NCBI GenBank assembly: GCA_030704615.1
Contig: CM060733.1
Coordinates: 55,242,001-55,306,000 of the forward strand
DNA length: 64,000 bases
Source: Takakia lepidozioides
Taxonomy: Eukaryota > Plantae > Bryophyta
Direction: 5' to 3'
Shown here in pieces: positions 25,932 through 36,209 of this stretch. The position numbers were made by a program, and so were the translations under genes. Within the stretch, counting starts at the first letter, position 1. Each line of letters opens with the position of its first letter. The notes under the pieces are model-generated. The model ran no database searches. It was not told the DNA's origin and was given only the letters and a program-made list of their open reading frames with translations.

Positions 25932-27899
25932 TTGTTTTCATCCCTTTTGGAGGTTGCAGGTCTCATCAATAGATTTCGCACTCTGCAGGGCATTGGAGAA
26001 CAGGTTACCTTTACTAGCCTCTTGAAGAGGCCTTCCATAAATAGGATTGCTCTACTCCCACTTTGCAGGCTTGGGACACAGCCACGTAGGGACTTCTCTA
26101 GTGAACGAGATGCTTTCATACTGAAAGCATTGCAGTCTATAGCCGACAGGAACAAAAGTGACCCCCATTATGTCAACCATAAACTCTACAGGCTCTTACT
26201 TGAAGCAGACCTGATCAGACTGGCGGACGAACGTCTCAACCGGATCCCTGGGCAAAGTATACTGGGGCATGATGGTGAATCATGGATACAGGAATTTGTT
26301 CAGGAACTTCAGTCTGAACAGTTTCAGTTTCAACCAGGTAGGAGACTCTTCATCCCCAAAAAGGCAGGAGACTCCGAAGGTCCACTTTCAGTGCCACCCT
26401 TTAGAGATCAGATTGTCCTGGAGGCAATGAGGATAATACTAGAGTCAATATTTGAACCAGTCTTCCTAGACTCCTCTCATGGCTCCCGACCATTCCGATC
26501 TTGCCACTCTGCCCTCCAGTCAGTTAGAATGGGGCTGCAAGATCACGTTTGGGCTTTTGCAGTGAATGTGAGTAAGTATTGTGACTCAATCGATCACCAT
26601 ATTCTGGTGGGCCTGTTGGAGAAAAAGGTTGATGATAAAAGGTTCATACGACTGGTATGGAAGGCACTAAGAGCTGGATACAGCAAGACTACCGAAAAAA
26701 GTTGGACCTTTAATAGCATCTTGCAGGCCACCCAACAAGGAAACAGCCTGTCCCCGTTGTTGGTGAACATCTATTTTCACGCATTGGACTGCTGGGTTCA
26801 TGACCACAGAGAAACTTTTCAGAGAGAAAAACTGAAGTCTGTTAATCCTCCATGGTTAAACCTGACAACCAGCGGGAGAGACTATGACTGGAAAGCGAAC
26901 GAAGCCAGAAAAAAGGAGCTGAGGGAGCAAGGAGGTCAAATCCCCAGCAGATTGGGAAATGATTCAGGATTTTACCGGATGTTCTACGTCCGATTTCAGG
27001 ACAACATCCTGTTAACCTTCATAGCCAAGAAAGAGGAAGTTGTCAACGTCCGAAAAGATTTGGAAGACTTCCTCAAAGATCACCTGAAAATTGATTTGAG
27101 GAGGGGAATCCCTCGAGTAATTCACCTTAGAGAGAGGCATGTTCTCTTCCTAGGGACTAAGGTAAGTGTTGTGAAAGCATCAGGCCAAGCTCGCCTCAAT
27201 GCTCCAGTGGATAAGATTATAGGTGAATTGGCTGATCTCAGCATAGTCTCACTTGGAGGGTTTCGACCTCGCCCCATCACTTTCTTGACTCAGTGCTCCC
27301 ACAACAATATTATCAAGTACTACAACTGGATTATGCAAGGGGTTTGCAATTACTACTCGTTCGTTGACAATTTCAACCGCCTAACGAATTATCTGAGACT
27401 TGCTATCAGGAGCAGCTGTGTCCGAACTCTAACGGTGAAACTCAAGCGTCGAAGAGCTGCAAGGACCTACAAAGATTTTGGGGTTGAGTGTGCGGCAAAA
27501 TACAGAGTGCCTGTTAAAGACGGCCAACCTGTCTATGACAAACTCTCAGAGGAAGAAAGAGCAATACTGAGGAACTGTCTGCGAATAGCAAATGCCTTAC
27601 GTGGAGAATGGGACACATTGGGACGGGTGGAAAAAGGGCTTCTGCAGAGATTCTATATCCCAGAAGTAATATGTGAGCCTAATGGGGACACGAATCTGGA
27701 ATTTAGAGGTGACTTTCTATTGTTCTGCAGTAATAGGAGCCAAAACAAGGACACTGTACAAGCCTCGAGGAAACTTGGACTTCTCCCCCCCTTACCCAAC
27801 CCATTGGATTTTAAAGAAAGCTTGGTGCCACCACCAAGACCACGCCTTTTCCCGAAGGCTAAGCAGCAGATGTATACTGGTACAAAAACAACAGCGTAG
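25932..27899 (+). CDS. Nuclear-encoded group II intron maturase-like protein (RT plus domain X, catalytically degenerate), probably organelle-targeted; true start likely in upstream exon(s)
   Basis: RRLFIPK, PLSVPPFRDQIVLEAMRIILESIFEPVF..SSHGSRP.RSCHSAL, IDH..L, QQGNSLSPLL.NIY..LD, YVRFQDN (the YADD position), FLG, and domain X IIKYYN...G..NYYSF.DN...SC..TL..K. N-terminal RRDFSS resembles a presequence cleavage site. Candidate acceptor ttgcag at 25954-25959. Confidence 0.88.
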   Translation: MFSSLLEVAGLINRFRTLQGIGEQVTFTSLLKRPSINRIALLPLCRLGTQPRRDFSSERDAFILKALQSIADRNKSDPHYVNHKLYRLLLEADLIRLADERLNRIPGQSILGHDGESWIQEFVQELQSEQFQFQPGRRLFIPKKAGDSEGPLSVPPFRDQIVLEAMRIILESIFEPVFLDSSHGSRPFRSCHSALQSVRMGLQDHVWAFAVNVSKYCDSIDHHILVGLLEKKVDDKRFIRLVWKALRAGYSKTTEKSWTFNSILQATQQGNSLSPLLVNIYFHALDCWVHDHRETFQREKLKSVNPPWLNLTTSGRDYDWKANEARKKELREQGGQIPSRLGNDSGFYRMFYVRFQDNILLTFIAKKEEVVNVRKDLEDFLKDHLKIDLRRGIPRVIHLRERHVLFLGTKVSVVKASGQARLNAPVDKIIGELADLSIVSLGGFRPRPITFLTQCSHNNIIKYYNWIMQGVCNYYSFVDNFNRLTNYLRLAIRSSCVRTLTVKLKRRRAARTYKDFGVECAAKYRVPVKDGQPVYDKLSEEERAILRNCLRIANALRGEWDTLGRVEKGLLQRFYIPEVICEPNGDTNLEFRGDFLLFCSNRSQNKDTVQASRKLGLLPPLPNPLDFKESLVPPPRPRLFPKAKQQMYTGTKTTA

Positions 27900-28588
27900 G
27901 CATCAACAGCGAACGAGGTAGACCATCTACGTGACATGCTTGTATGTTTCTCATTGTGTAGAGTCCAATGGAGCTCGCAGTGACTTGCATTGTTGTTGTT
28001 GAAAGCTACACATGCACTCCTCAAAGGAACTTGTCAAAGTGTTGATGCTCTCGGAGTTTCCAGGCACAAAGGTCTACCGTGGAGCATGGAGGGGCGCTGG
28101 CATGAGGTTCTTAAAGATCCATCACACAATGGTGTGACAACGCAATGGCAAGGTGTGACTTTCTTAATGTACGATGTGAAGTTTGTCTGTTGTGCAAAAG
28201 TGGGCTCTATCTGTCAGTATCATGATTTGTTCTATTTCCTGGTCTTTACAAGGTGCTTGGGAGGGTCAGCTTGGTCTTAGGAGCCAGTTTTTAATTTATG
28301 GCTGCTCAGCTGCTTCATGGCGCACCAATCCAAGATCACCCAACTACAGACACAAGCAGCGCACAATAGAGGTCGTTTGGGTTGATGGTTGGTTGAATCC
28401 TCCTTGGGTGAAAGAAAAGTTAGCTGCTTTCATGACACAACATCAAGGGTGATGTGGTGAGGGCACCTTCTTCTTCAACACATTTCAGCTTATCAGGATA
28501 GTCCCTAATTTTTCATGTTGAATTCTGCAAGTTAGCTTGTCGGGTGGGGCATCTATGTTGGATTGGTGATTTTGATGTGTTACTGCCA

Positions 28589-31500
28589 ATGGCAACAGGC
28601 AAATATCCGGAAACAGAAAATAGAAACGAGGAGAAACTTTGGAAGGAGTATTTTTTGGAGCCCAGTCAATGGGGGGACAATTCAGGCAAAAAGGTAAATT
28701 CCTGTTAAATTACAGAGAGGAGCAGCCAACAGGTGCATCGCAAAGCTTTCTTGGAATTTGTCATCCTCTCTCTCTCTCTCCCCCGAACGCATTTCTAGAG
28801 TCTTGGGAGCAATTCAGCATAGGAACTAGTGTGTGATACGTAGGGTTGGGGTGTTTGCTAGAAAAATGTGAGGGTGTCATTGGTAGCTGCTAGTCGCCAG
28901 GGGACGATCTATGTATGATTGGTGCTGAGGCAGGGAGAGCTGAAGGAGCAGGGGTGGAGTGTGGGTCCAGATTCATCCGAGAGGGCCGGATTTCAAGCAC
29001 AAGAGTAGCCATGATTTCCTGTGGATTGATAGCTACAAGAAACCTGCATGGGTAGATGGTCAACTGGAAGCAGCAGCAGCGATACGGTTGATAAAATCAG
29101 GCACCTCCACCATGTCCACAGCTTCCAAAAGGGAACCAAGAGAGGGAGTCCACAATACCTCTTCTGGGCGTAAGAGGACGCTATGTGAGGCGGGGCAACT
29201 GAAAGAGGCTCTACAGATTTTGCACCAAGGAGGCATTTCAGCAGAATCAGATACTTATGTCTGTCTCTTGCATAAGTGTATCAAGATGAAAGGTCTGGAG
29301 GCCGGAAAGCAGGTGCACGCTCACATTATACAAAGTGGATTCAAGCCAAATGTTTTCCTACACAACAACCTTGTCAACATGTATGTTAAGTGCGGGAGCA
29401 TCGTGGATGCACAGCAAGTGTTCGACAAAATGCCTGAACGAGATTTGATCACTTGGAATATACTGATGGCAGGATTTACCAAGCATGGGTGTGGTAAGAA
29501 TGCCTGGGAGACATACGAGCATATGATGTGGGAAGGGGTGAAGCCCAACCACATCACTTTTGTTTGCGTTTGCAATGCATGTGCAAGCCTGGCAGACCTG
29601 GAAAAGGGCAAAGAGGTCCATGGTGACATCGTCAAAGCTGGAATTGTACCAGATGTCATTCTGAACACTGCCCTCGTGGACATGTATGCCAAATGCGGCA
29701 GCATTGAAGATGCAAAGGGAGTGTTTGACAATATGGCTGAACGAAATGTGGTGTCCTGGAGTGCTATGACTGCAGGATATGTGCAGCATGGGTTTGGGAT
29801 GGAGGCTTTGGAAACCTACGAGCAAATGATGCGGGAAGGGGTGAAGCCCAACCACATCACGTTTGTTTGTGTTTGCAATGCGTGTGCAAGCCTGGCAGAC
29901 CTAGAAAAGGGTAAAGAGGTCCACGATGACATCGTCAAAGCTGGAATTGTACCAGACGTCATTCTGAACACTGCTCTCGTGGACATGTATGCGAAATGCA
30001 GCAGCATCAAAGTTGCAAAGGGAGTGTTTGACAATATGGCAAAACGAGATGTGGTGTCCTGGAATGCTATGATTGCAGGATATGCACAGCATGGCTGTGG
30101 GATGGAGGCTTTGGAGACCTATGAGCAAATGATGCGGGAAGGGGTGAAGCCAGACCAGGGCACGTTTGTTGGCATTTGCAATGCATGCGCAAGCCTGGCA
30201 GCACTGGAAAAGGGCAAAGAGGTCCATGGTGATATCATCAAAGCTGGAATTGTACCAGATGTCATTCTTAACACTGCCCTGGTGGACATGTATGCGAAAG
30301 GCGGGAGCATCAAGGATGCAAAGGTAGTGTTTGACATTATGGCGGAACGAAACGTGGTTTCGTGGAACGCAATGATCGCAGGATATGCCCAGCATGGGTG
30401 CGGGATGGAGGCTTTGGAGACTTATAAGCAAATGATGCAGGAAGGGGTGAAGCCGGACCTGGTCACGTTCGGTTGCGTTTGCAATGCGTGTGCAAGCCTG
30501 GCAGCCCTGGAAAAGGGCAAAGAGGTCCATGGTGACCTCATCAAAGCTGGAATTGCACCAGATGTCATTCTGAACAATACCCTGGTGGACATGTATGCCA
30601 AAGGCGGGAGTATCGCAGATGCAAAGGGAGTGTTTGACAATATGGCTGAACGAAATGTGGTGTCCTGGACCGCGATGATTGCAGGATATGCCCAGCATGG
30701 GCGTGGGATGGAGGCTTTGAAGACCTATGAGCAAATGATGCAGGAAGGGGTGAAACCGGACCGGGTCACGTTTGGTTGCGTTTGTAATGCATGTGCAAGC
30801 CTGGCAGCGCTGGAAAAGGGTAAAGAGGTCCATGGTGACATTATCAAAGCTGGAATTGTACCAGATGTCATTCTGAACAATACCCTCATAGACATGTATG
30901 CCAAGTGTGGGAGCATTGAGGATGCTAACGAAGTGTTCGGCAATATGGCTGAACGAGATTTGGTGTCGTGGAACACGATGATGGCAGGATATTCCCAGCA
31001 TGGTTGTGATATGGAGGCCCTGCAACTATTCGAAGAAATGCAAGTGGAAGGCTTGAAGCTGGACAACATCACTTTTATATGTGTTCTGTCTGCATGTCGC
31101 CATGCTGGCCTAGTCGATGAGGGTAGATACTACTTTGACTCCCTGCGTAAAGATCATGGTATCACTCCAGCGGTGGAGCACTTTGCTTGCATGGTGGATC
31201 TTCTTGGCCGTGCAGGGCGATTGGATGAGGCAGAGGACTTTATTAACAATTTGCCAATGAAACCAGATGCTGCGGTGTGGAGGGCCTTGCTTGGTGCCTG
31301 CAGAATTCATTGCAATGTGGAGATGGCTGAGCGCGCAGCAACGTCAATTCTCAAGTGGGATGAACAGGACCCCGCGACTTATGTGTTGCTATCCAACATC
31401 TATGCTGCAGCTGGTAGGTGGGATGATACTGCGAAGGTGAGAAAACTGATGAAGGTCAGAGGGCTTAGAAAGGAGCCAGGTCGGTGTTGTATTGAGGTCA

Positions 31501-31883
31501 GCAACAGGGTGCACACCTTTGTTGTAGATGACAAATTGCATCCAAAAATTGAGGAAATCCATGCTGAGCTGAGAAGATTGTATGGGCAGATGAAGGAGGC
31601 TGGGTATGTGCTTGACATGCGCTTTGTATTGCACGATGTGGGGGAGGAGCAAAAGGAATTTTCTCTTTGCCACCACAGTGAGAAGCTGGCCATTGCTTTT
31701 GGGCTTATCAGCACGACCCGTGGGACGCCTCTCCGTGTCATCAAGAATCTTCGCATGTGTGGTGACTGCCACACCGCCACCAAGTTCATCTCAAAGATTG
31801 TTGGCCGAGCAATTGTTGTACGGGATGCCAACCGCTTTCACCACTTTGAAGATGGGGTTTGTTCTTGTGGTGAATACTGGTAA
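28589..31883 (+). CDS. PLS-E-DYW pentatricopeptide RNA-editing factor with an N-terminal OSB-type PDF motif; exons about 28589/28599-28693 and 28971-31883
   Basis: Six L-S-P triplets, then L2-S2-E1-E2, PG box (KEPG), HSEKLA, KNLRMCGDCH and terminal EYW. A phase-0 GT-AG intron (28694-28970) joins LWKEYFLEPSQWGDNSGKK to IHPRGPDFKHK...LWID...PAWV. The 5' end is uncertain. Confidence 0.9.
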
Positions 31884-33709
31884 AATGATGCTTTTCTGGA
31901 TAGGTGGGAGTGTCTCGCTTCATTCATTGATGTGCGTAGCTACTACTTCATCCTCTAGTTCAGCATCTACAGCCTGACCCTTTAATATGTTGTAGGATCT
32001 GCAGCCTCTTCCCTGTTCCCACCAAGACAAGGCCTTTAGTATGGCCACAACATGAGCGCCCAGAACCAGCCATCATATGCACATTGTCATCCTCTGGCTC
32101 AAGGGAAGGGAAGAAGATAGTCAATATACAGGGAGAAAAAATGAACAACAACTTGTGGTGTCACTCAACCCCGAAGGGCTACTCCTCCCAATGGGAAGGT
32201 GGACACCTTTATGACATCAAACACATGTGTGTTTTTGAACCACATCCTTTGTCTTTGCATGCCCTAGACATCAGGTGGAGACTGGAGACATTGAATTTGT
32301 AAATTCCAGCTTCTGAGTTAACATTTTCTTAAAAAAAACTTAATGAAGAAATAGTTTAGGGTATATTCCTTGCTATACTTTGACCCTGAATGGCTGCCAC
32401 CTTCCGGTGGGAAGGTGGACCTCTTTATGACCTATATTGCTGAATAGTTAGTTTGTGTCAACCATTAAACCAAAGCTCAGGCAAGAGAAGACCTTTGCAA
32501 AATGGAGACCTTTAACAGTGAAACTCAGCCTGGAAAGTTTTAGTGGTGTCAATTGAGCAGCCCAAACCAGCCGGAGAGAGGCCTGGCCTTGCAAACAAAG
32601 AAACCTAGCTCTTTAGAACGTCTCCAGAAAGCTTTTCATGCTCATGTAAAGTTGAGGGTTAAAGGAATCAAATCTTCTTTCACAATAGAGGCCAAAGCTG
32701 TACGAAAGGTTGGTGATAGAGGACTGACAAGCAAAGTGCAGCAAGATTTCTGTAGCACAGCAGTATGTGGAAAAAACTTGGCAGCATACAGTGTACATGT
32801 CAAAATAAGTAAGGTTGCAAATGTATACACTGATGAACAATCAATGGAGACGGTCAATAGAATGCAACTTTAATGTGAGGTGACCACACTTGAAATAAAG
32901 GGCTTCAAGTGGACATAGGCTGGCATTCCAACCCATATATTAGCTGCCAAATGATGGCTTTCCAAACTACATGGTACATTGAAGTATGTGTGAAACATTA
33001 TTGGCTAAGTTAAGGGGATGAGCTTTTCTACGACAGAACTTCACCAGCACAGTGAAGCCTACCCTAAGCTGATCTATACCCCAATGGTGACTACTCGGGA
33101 GCCTTTCTCCTTCTCCCCAAACTCCATGAATTGTATTGCAAACCTACTGAATCAACCCTTTCTCAATCTCCCTTTCTCTGATGGGCGAAAACCTATAAAG
33201 TATGGCACTGCCTAACATGCTATGCACCTGTATGGGCTCTTACAGAAATAAAAATGCACTGGTGCACGAGGACAAAGGTCCCCAATCTTGCTCACAAGAA
33301 CGATGCCCTGATGGGAGTGGAGAACTCGTTACCTCCAGCTGCTGTATTTGTCCCAAAGATCCATAAGATCTTTTGTATGAATCCTCCTGCAGATGATTCA
33401 GGTCACTGAAAAGTGACTTCTCTATAAGACAATCAAATTGAACGCAATTGAACCCCATTAAACGTTGGAGTAGTGATCAGATAGCCTAGTCCTGCCAAGC
33501 TTGGACCAGCACCCCCTCACCATGTTGAGTGAAGACAGACAGCTAAGTGGCCAAGTGCAGTTGGAAGATCGAAGTTGGCGGAAGGAATGAAATGAAACCC
33601 CAAAAATGTGCTGTATTTCCACCTGTCCCAGATCTCACCAAACTGCTCAGCCTCGTAGCTCTCATTGTGTGAGCCAAAGGAACAGGGAAACAATCAGAGT
33701 AAGAAAAAG

Positions 33710-34108
33710 TCAGGGAATGAAAGGAACGCCTGATTGTGGCAGCCATAAAGACCCCTGGATAAAATTATCAACAGAAAAGGCTTGTGCTTGCTGTGATGAA
33801 AACTGACTTGACCAATACACGCGGCCTGCCAGATTGTTGGCCCCAGGACCATAGCTTCCATACTCTGCATCTAAGAGAGTGTCCAGAGCAAATGTTCCAT
33901 TCCATGGCAACCATCCTACAGGCTCAATTACCTGGTCCAGATATGTTGAGATGAAAATGGTTTGGGAATGCGTCTTCCAAGGCCTGCCTAAGTATGCCAG
34001 GCTTCCTGTCCGATTTGATAGAAATAGTGCCTCCTATTCCGGTGTCCCAAATACTGAGCATCTCTGGAAAACAAAGCCAGTTGTCTGTCCTGGATCTACC
34101 CTCCCCTG
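33710..34108 (-). pseudogene. Pectin methylesterase C-terminal fragment
   Basis: QGRVDPGQTTGFVFQRC, YLGRPWK, GWLPWNG, AEYGSYGPGA, RVYWS, FIQGSLWL. No PME N-terminal exons are recognisable upstream. Confidence 0.85.
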
Positions 34109-34272
34109 CAGCACAAAAATTTGTGATATTATGTCATTGTGGAAGTGCATGAGGATGCCAATAAGAACTTACCTGGTGTTGTTGAACATTCCACCTATGG
34201 AGAATGATGAGAGGCAGGTGACAGAAGAAAGATCCATGGGCAATCAAAGTTGGCCGGGGTGGGCAGGTTGGA

Positions 34273-34850
34273 CAGAGGGGGGTGCTGCAAGCATCTTGTT
34301 CCATGACACCAAATCTCGTTTAGCCATAGTGTTGAAAACTCCCTCCGCATCCTCAATGCTCCCACATTTGGCATACATTCCACCAGGGTAGTGTTCACAA
34401 TGACATCTGGTACAATTCCAGCTTTGACGATGTCATCATGGACCTCTTTCCCCTTATCCAGGGCTCCTCCCAGGCCTGCACACGCATTGCAAACACAAAT
34501 GAACGTGATGTGGTTGGGCTTCACCCCTTCGCGCATCATTTGCTCACCACATCAAGGTGCCCTCACCACATTGTCCTTGTAAATTCAGTATGCATCTCAG
34601 GGCCGAGCCTGATGAGGGCAAAACAGGCTGAAATAGGTCGAAGAAGAAGGTGCCCTCACCACATTGGCCTTGACCTTGTGGCACGACCTATGGAGGATTT
34701 GACCACCCATGCTTGGTAAATCCTGCCAACATTATATTCCACGTGATCAAAGATCGTTGAGGCATTCTGTTGAACACTTGGTGAGCATCAATGATGCTCC
34801 CGCACTTAACATACATGTTGACAAGGGTGTTGAGTAGAAAAACATTTGGC
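34273..34850 (-). pseudogene. Inverted PLS-PPR fragments related to the 29-31 kb gene
   Basis: MMREGVKPNHITF...[16 protein letters not shown], plus a copy of the first S-P repeat (NVFLLNTLVNMYVKCGSI), with frameshifts. Confidence 0.85.
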
Positions 34851-35479
34851 GTTTTCCAGCTTCAAGGCCTTTGTCACTGCAGACAAGTGCTTTTTGCGGA
34901 CACCGAACGTTGGGTGTGCCATAGCCATATGCCGCACCTCCACTGGGCGAGGGTCATCCATAAGGAGGAGCTGAACAAGGAGTGGCGGTTCATTTACTTC
35001 ACTCAAAGAAGAAACAACAACTTTCTCTGCTTGCTCCAGAGCATGGTTGGCTTCTTCCGTAGTATACTCCATGGAATAGAGATAAGGGACAAAGGGCCAC
35101 CTCCAGCCCGTTACAATGTGGTGCAGGTCACTGTACCAGTCCACATGGGCACTTGTGTCACCAATCCTGAAGCAGGGAAGTGTAGGATCCTCTGCGTTCT
35201 TCGGCGCCACCGGTAACGGCGATCTCCACACCCCAAAAATGCCCACAGTGGAGGGGAAATGGGCATAGTCTTCACCCTGTCCAATTGGCCCAGTCTCAGG
35301 TATGAGGTCTGTTGAGACGTGGTTCGGTCTGCCCAGGTGCGAGGAGTCCTACTCATGATTGCTGGCGTGTGCTTCACTCTGGTTTGGTGTGATGAGGTCT
35401 GTTGGGGTCTCTTGAGGTTTGTCGTGGTCTGATGTGGTCTCCTGAGGAGTGATGAAGTCAGCGGTCTGCTGAAGGGAAC

Positions 35480-36209
35480 CAGTGTTGGGCGGTTATGAAC
35501 TTTGACCGGTTATAACCACCTGTTATTAGACCGGTTATATATATATATATATATATCCGGAGGAGGTGCAAAAATAAAAAAAACGGATATAAACAGATCC
35601 GGCGGAGGCTAGGGGTTGAGATAACTGGCGGGCTTCAAGAACCGGCGAGCAAGTTTGGTTTTTTATTTATTGGTATCCGGCCATGGCCTTAAAAAAGGAC
35701 CCAGTTATCAATAAATAGTGTCAGCATATACCCTTGCTAAGATTAATGTGACACCAATCTGGTAACTAAGATGTCCATTATTGATCATCTGGATGATCCA
35801 GTTTCTAGGGCTAATCATCTTGCATGGCTGGTCAATCCCTGCTTGGCATTTATTTCAGCTTTTTTTTTTAAAAATATTTTCATCATTTCAATATATGTAA
35901 ATTTTTATTTTATAAATAGTTCATTTACATGACCGCAATATAACCGTTTTAAGGATCGCCAGTTATCTACCGGTTATAAAGTATATTGAACTTCCAGAAC
36001 CGGTTCAAAAAACCGCCTGTGCAAAGGTCTTTAATAATCGGAATTGAACTTAACCGGGTTTTTTTAAAACATCAAAGAACCGCCTCCGGTAGGTTATTTA
36101 ATTTTTTCTTTTGTCCATTTAACCGCCTCCGGAGGTTCTAAAGAAGGGGCAATTGGCAAAGAACCTGCACCGGAGGAGCTCACGAAAACCTGAGAACCAC
36201 CCAACACTG
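35480..36209. mobile_element. Non-autonomous hAT element (MITE-like, 730 bp)
   Basis: 15-bp TIR CAGTGTTGGG(C/T)GGTT; 8-bp TSD AAGGGAAC/GAGGGAAC (one mismatch); subterminal AACCG/CGGTT repeats. Confidence 0.9.

Noticed and set aside
25500-28100. Complete mobile group II intron around the maturase
   Set aside because: I could not find a domain V hairpin or intron 3' end after the ORF, and the RT catalytic residues are lost.
29901-31025. 374-aa antisense ORF and other repeated antisense ORFs over the PPR gene
   Set aside because: These are shadow frames produced by the 303-bp tandem repeats and carry no independent motifs.
31470-31883. U-to-C (DYW:KP-type) editing factor
   Set aside because: It has a PG box, HSEKLA and an xYW ending typical of C-to-U DYW domains.
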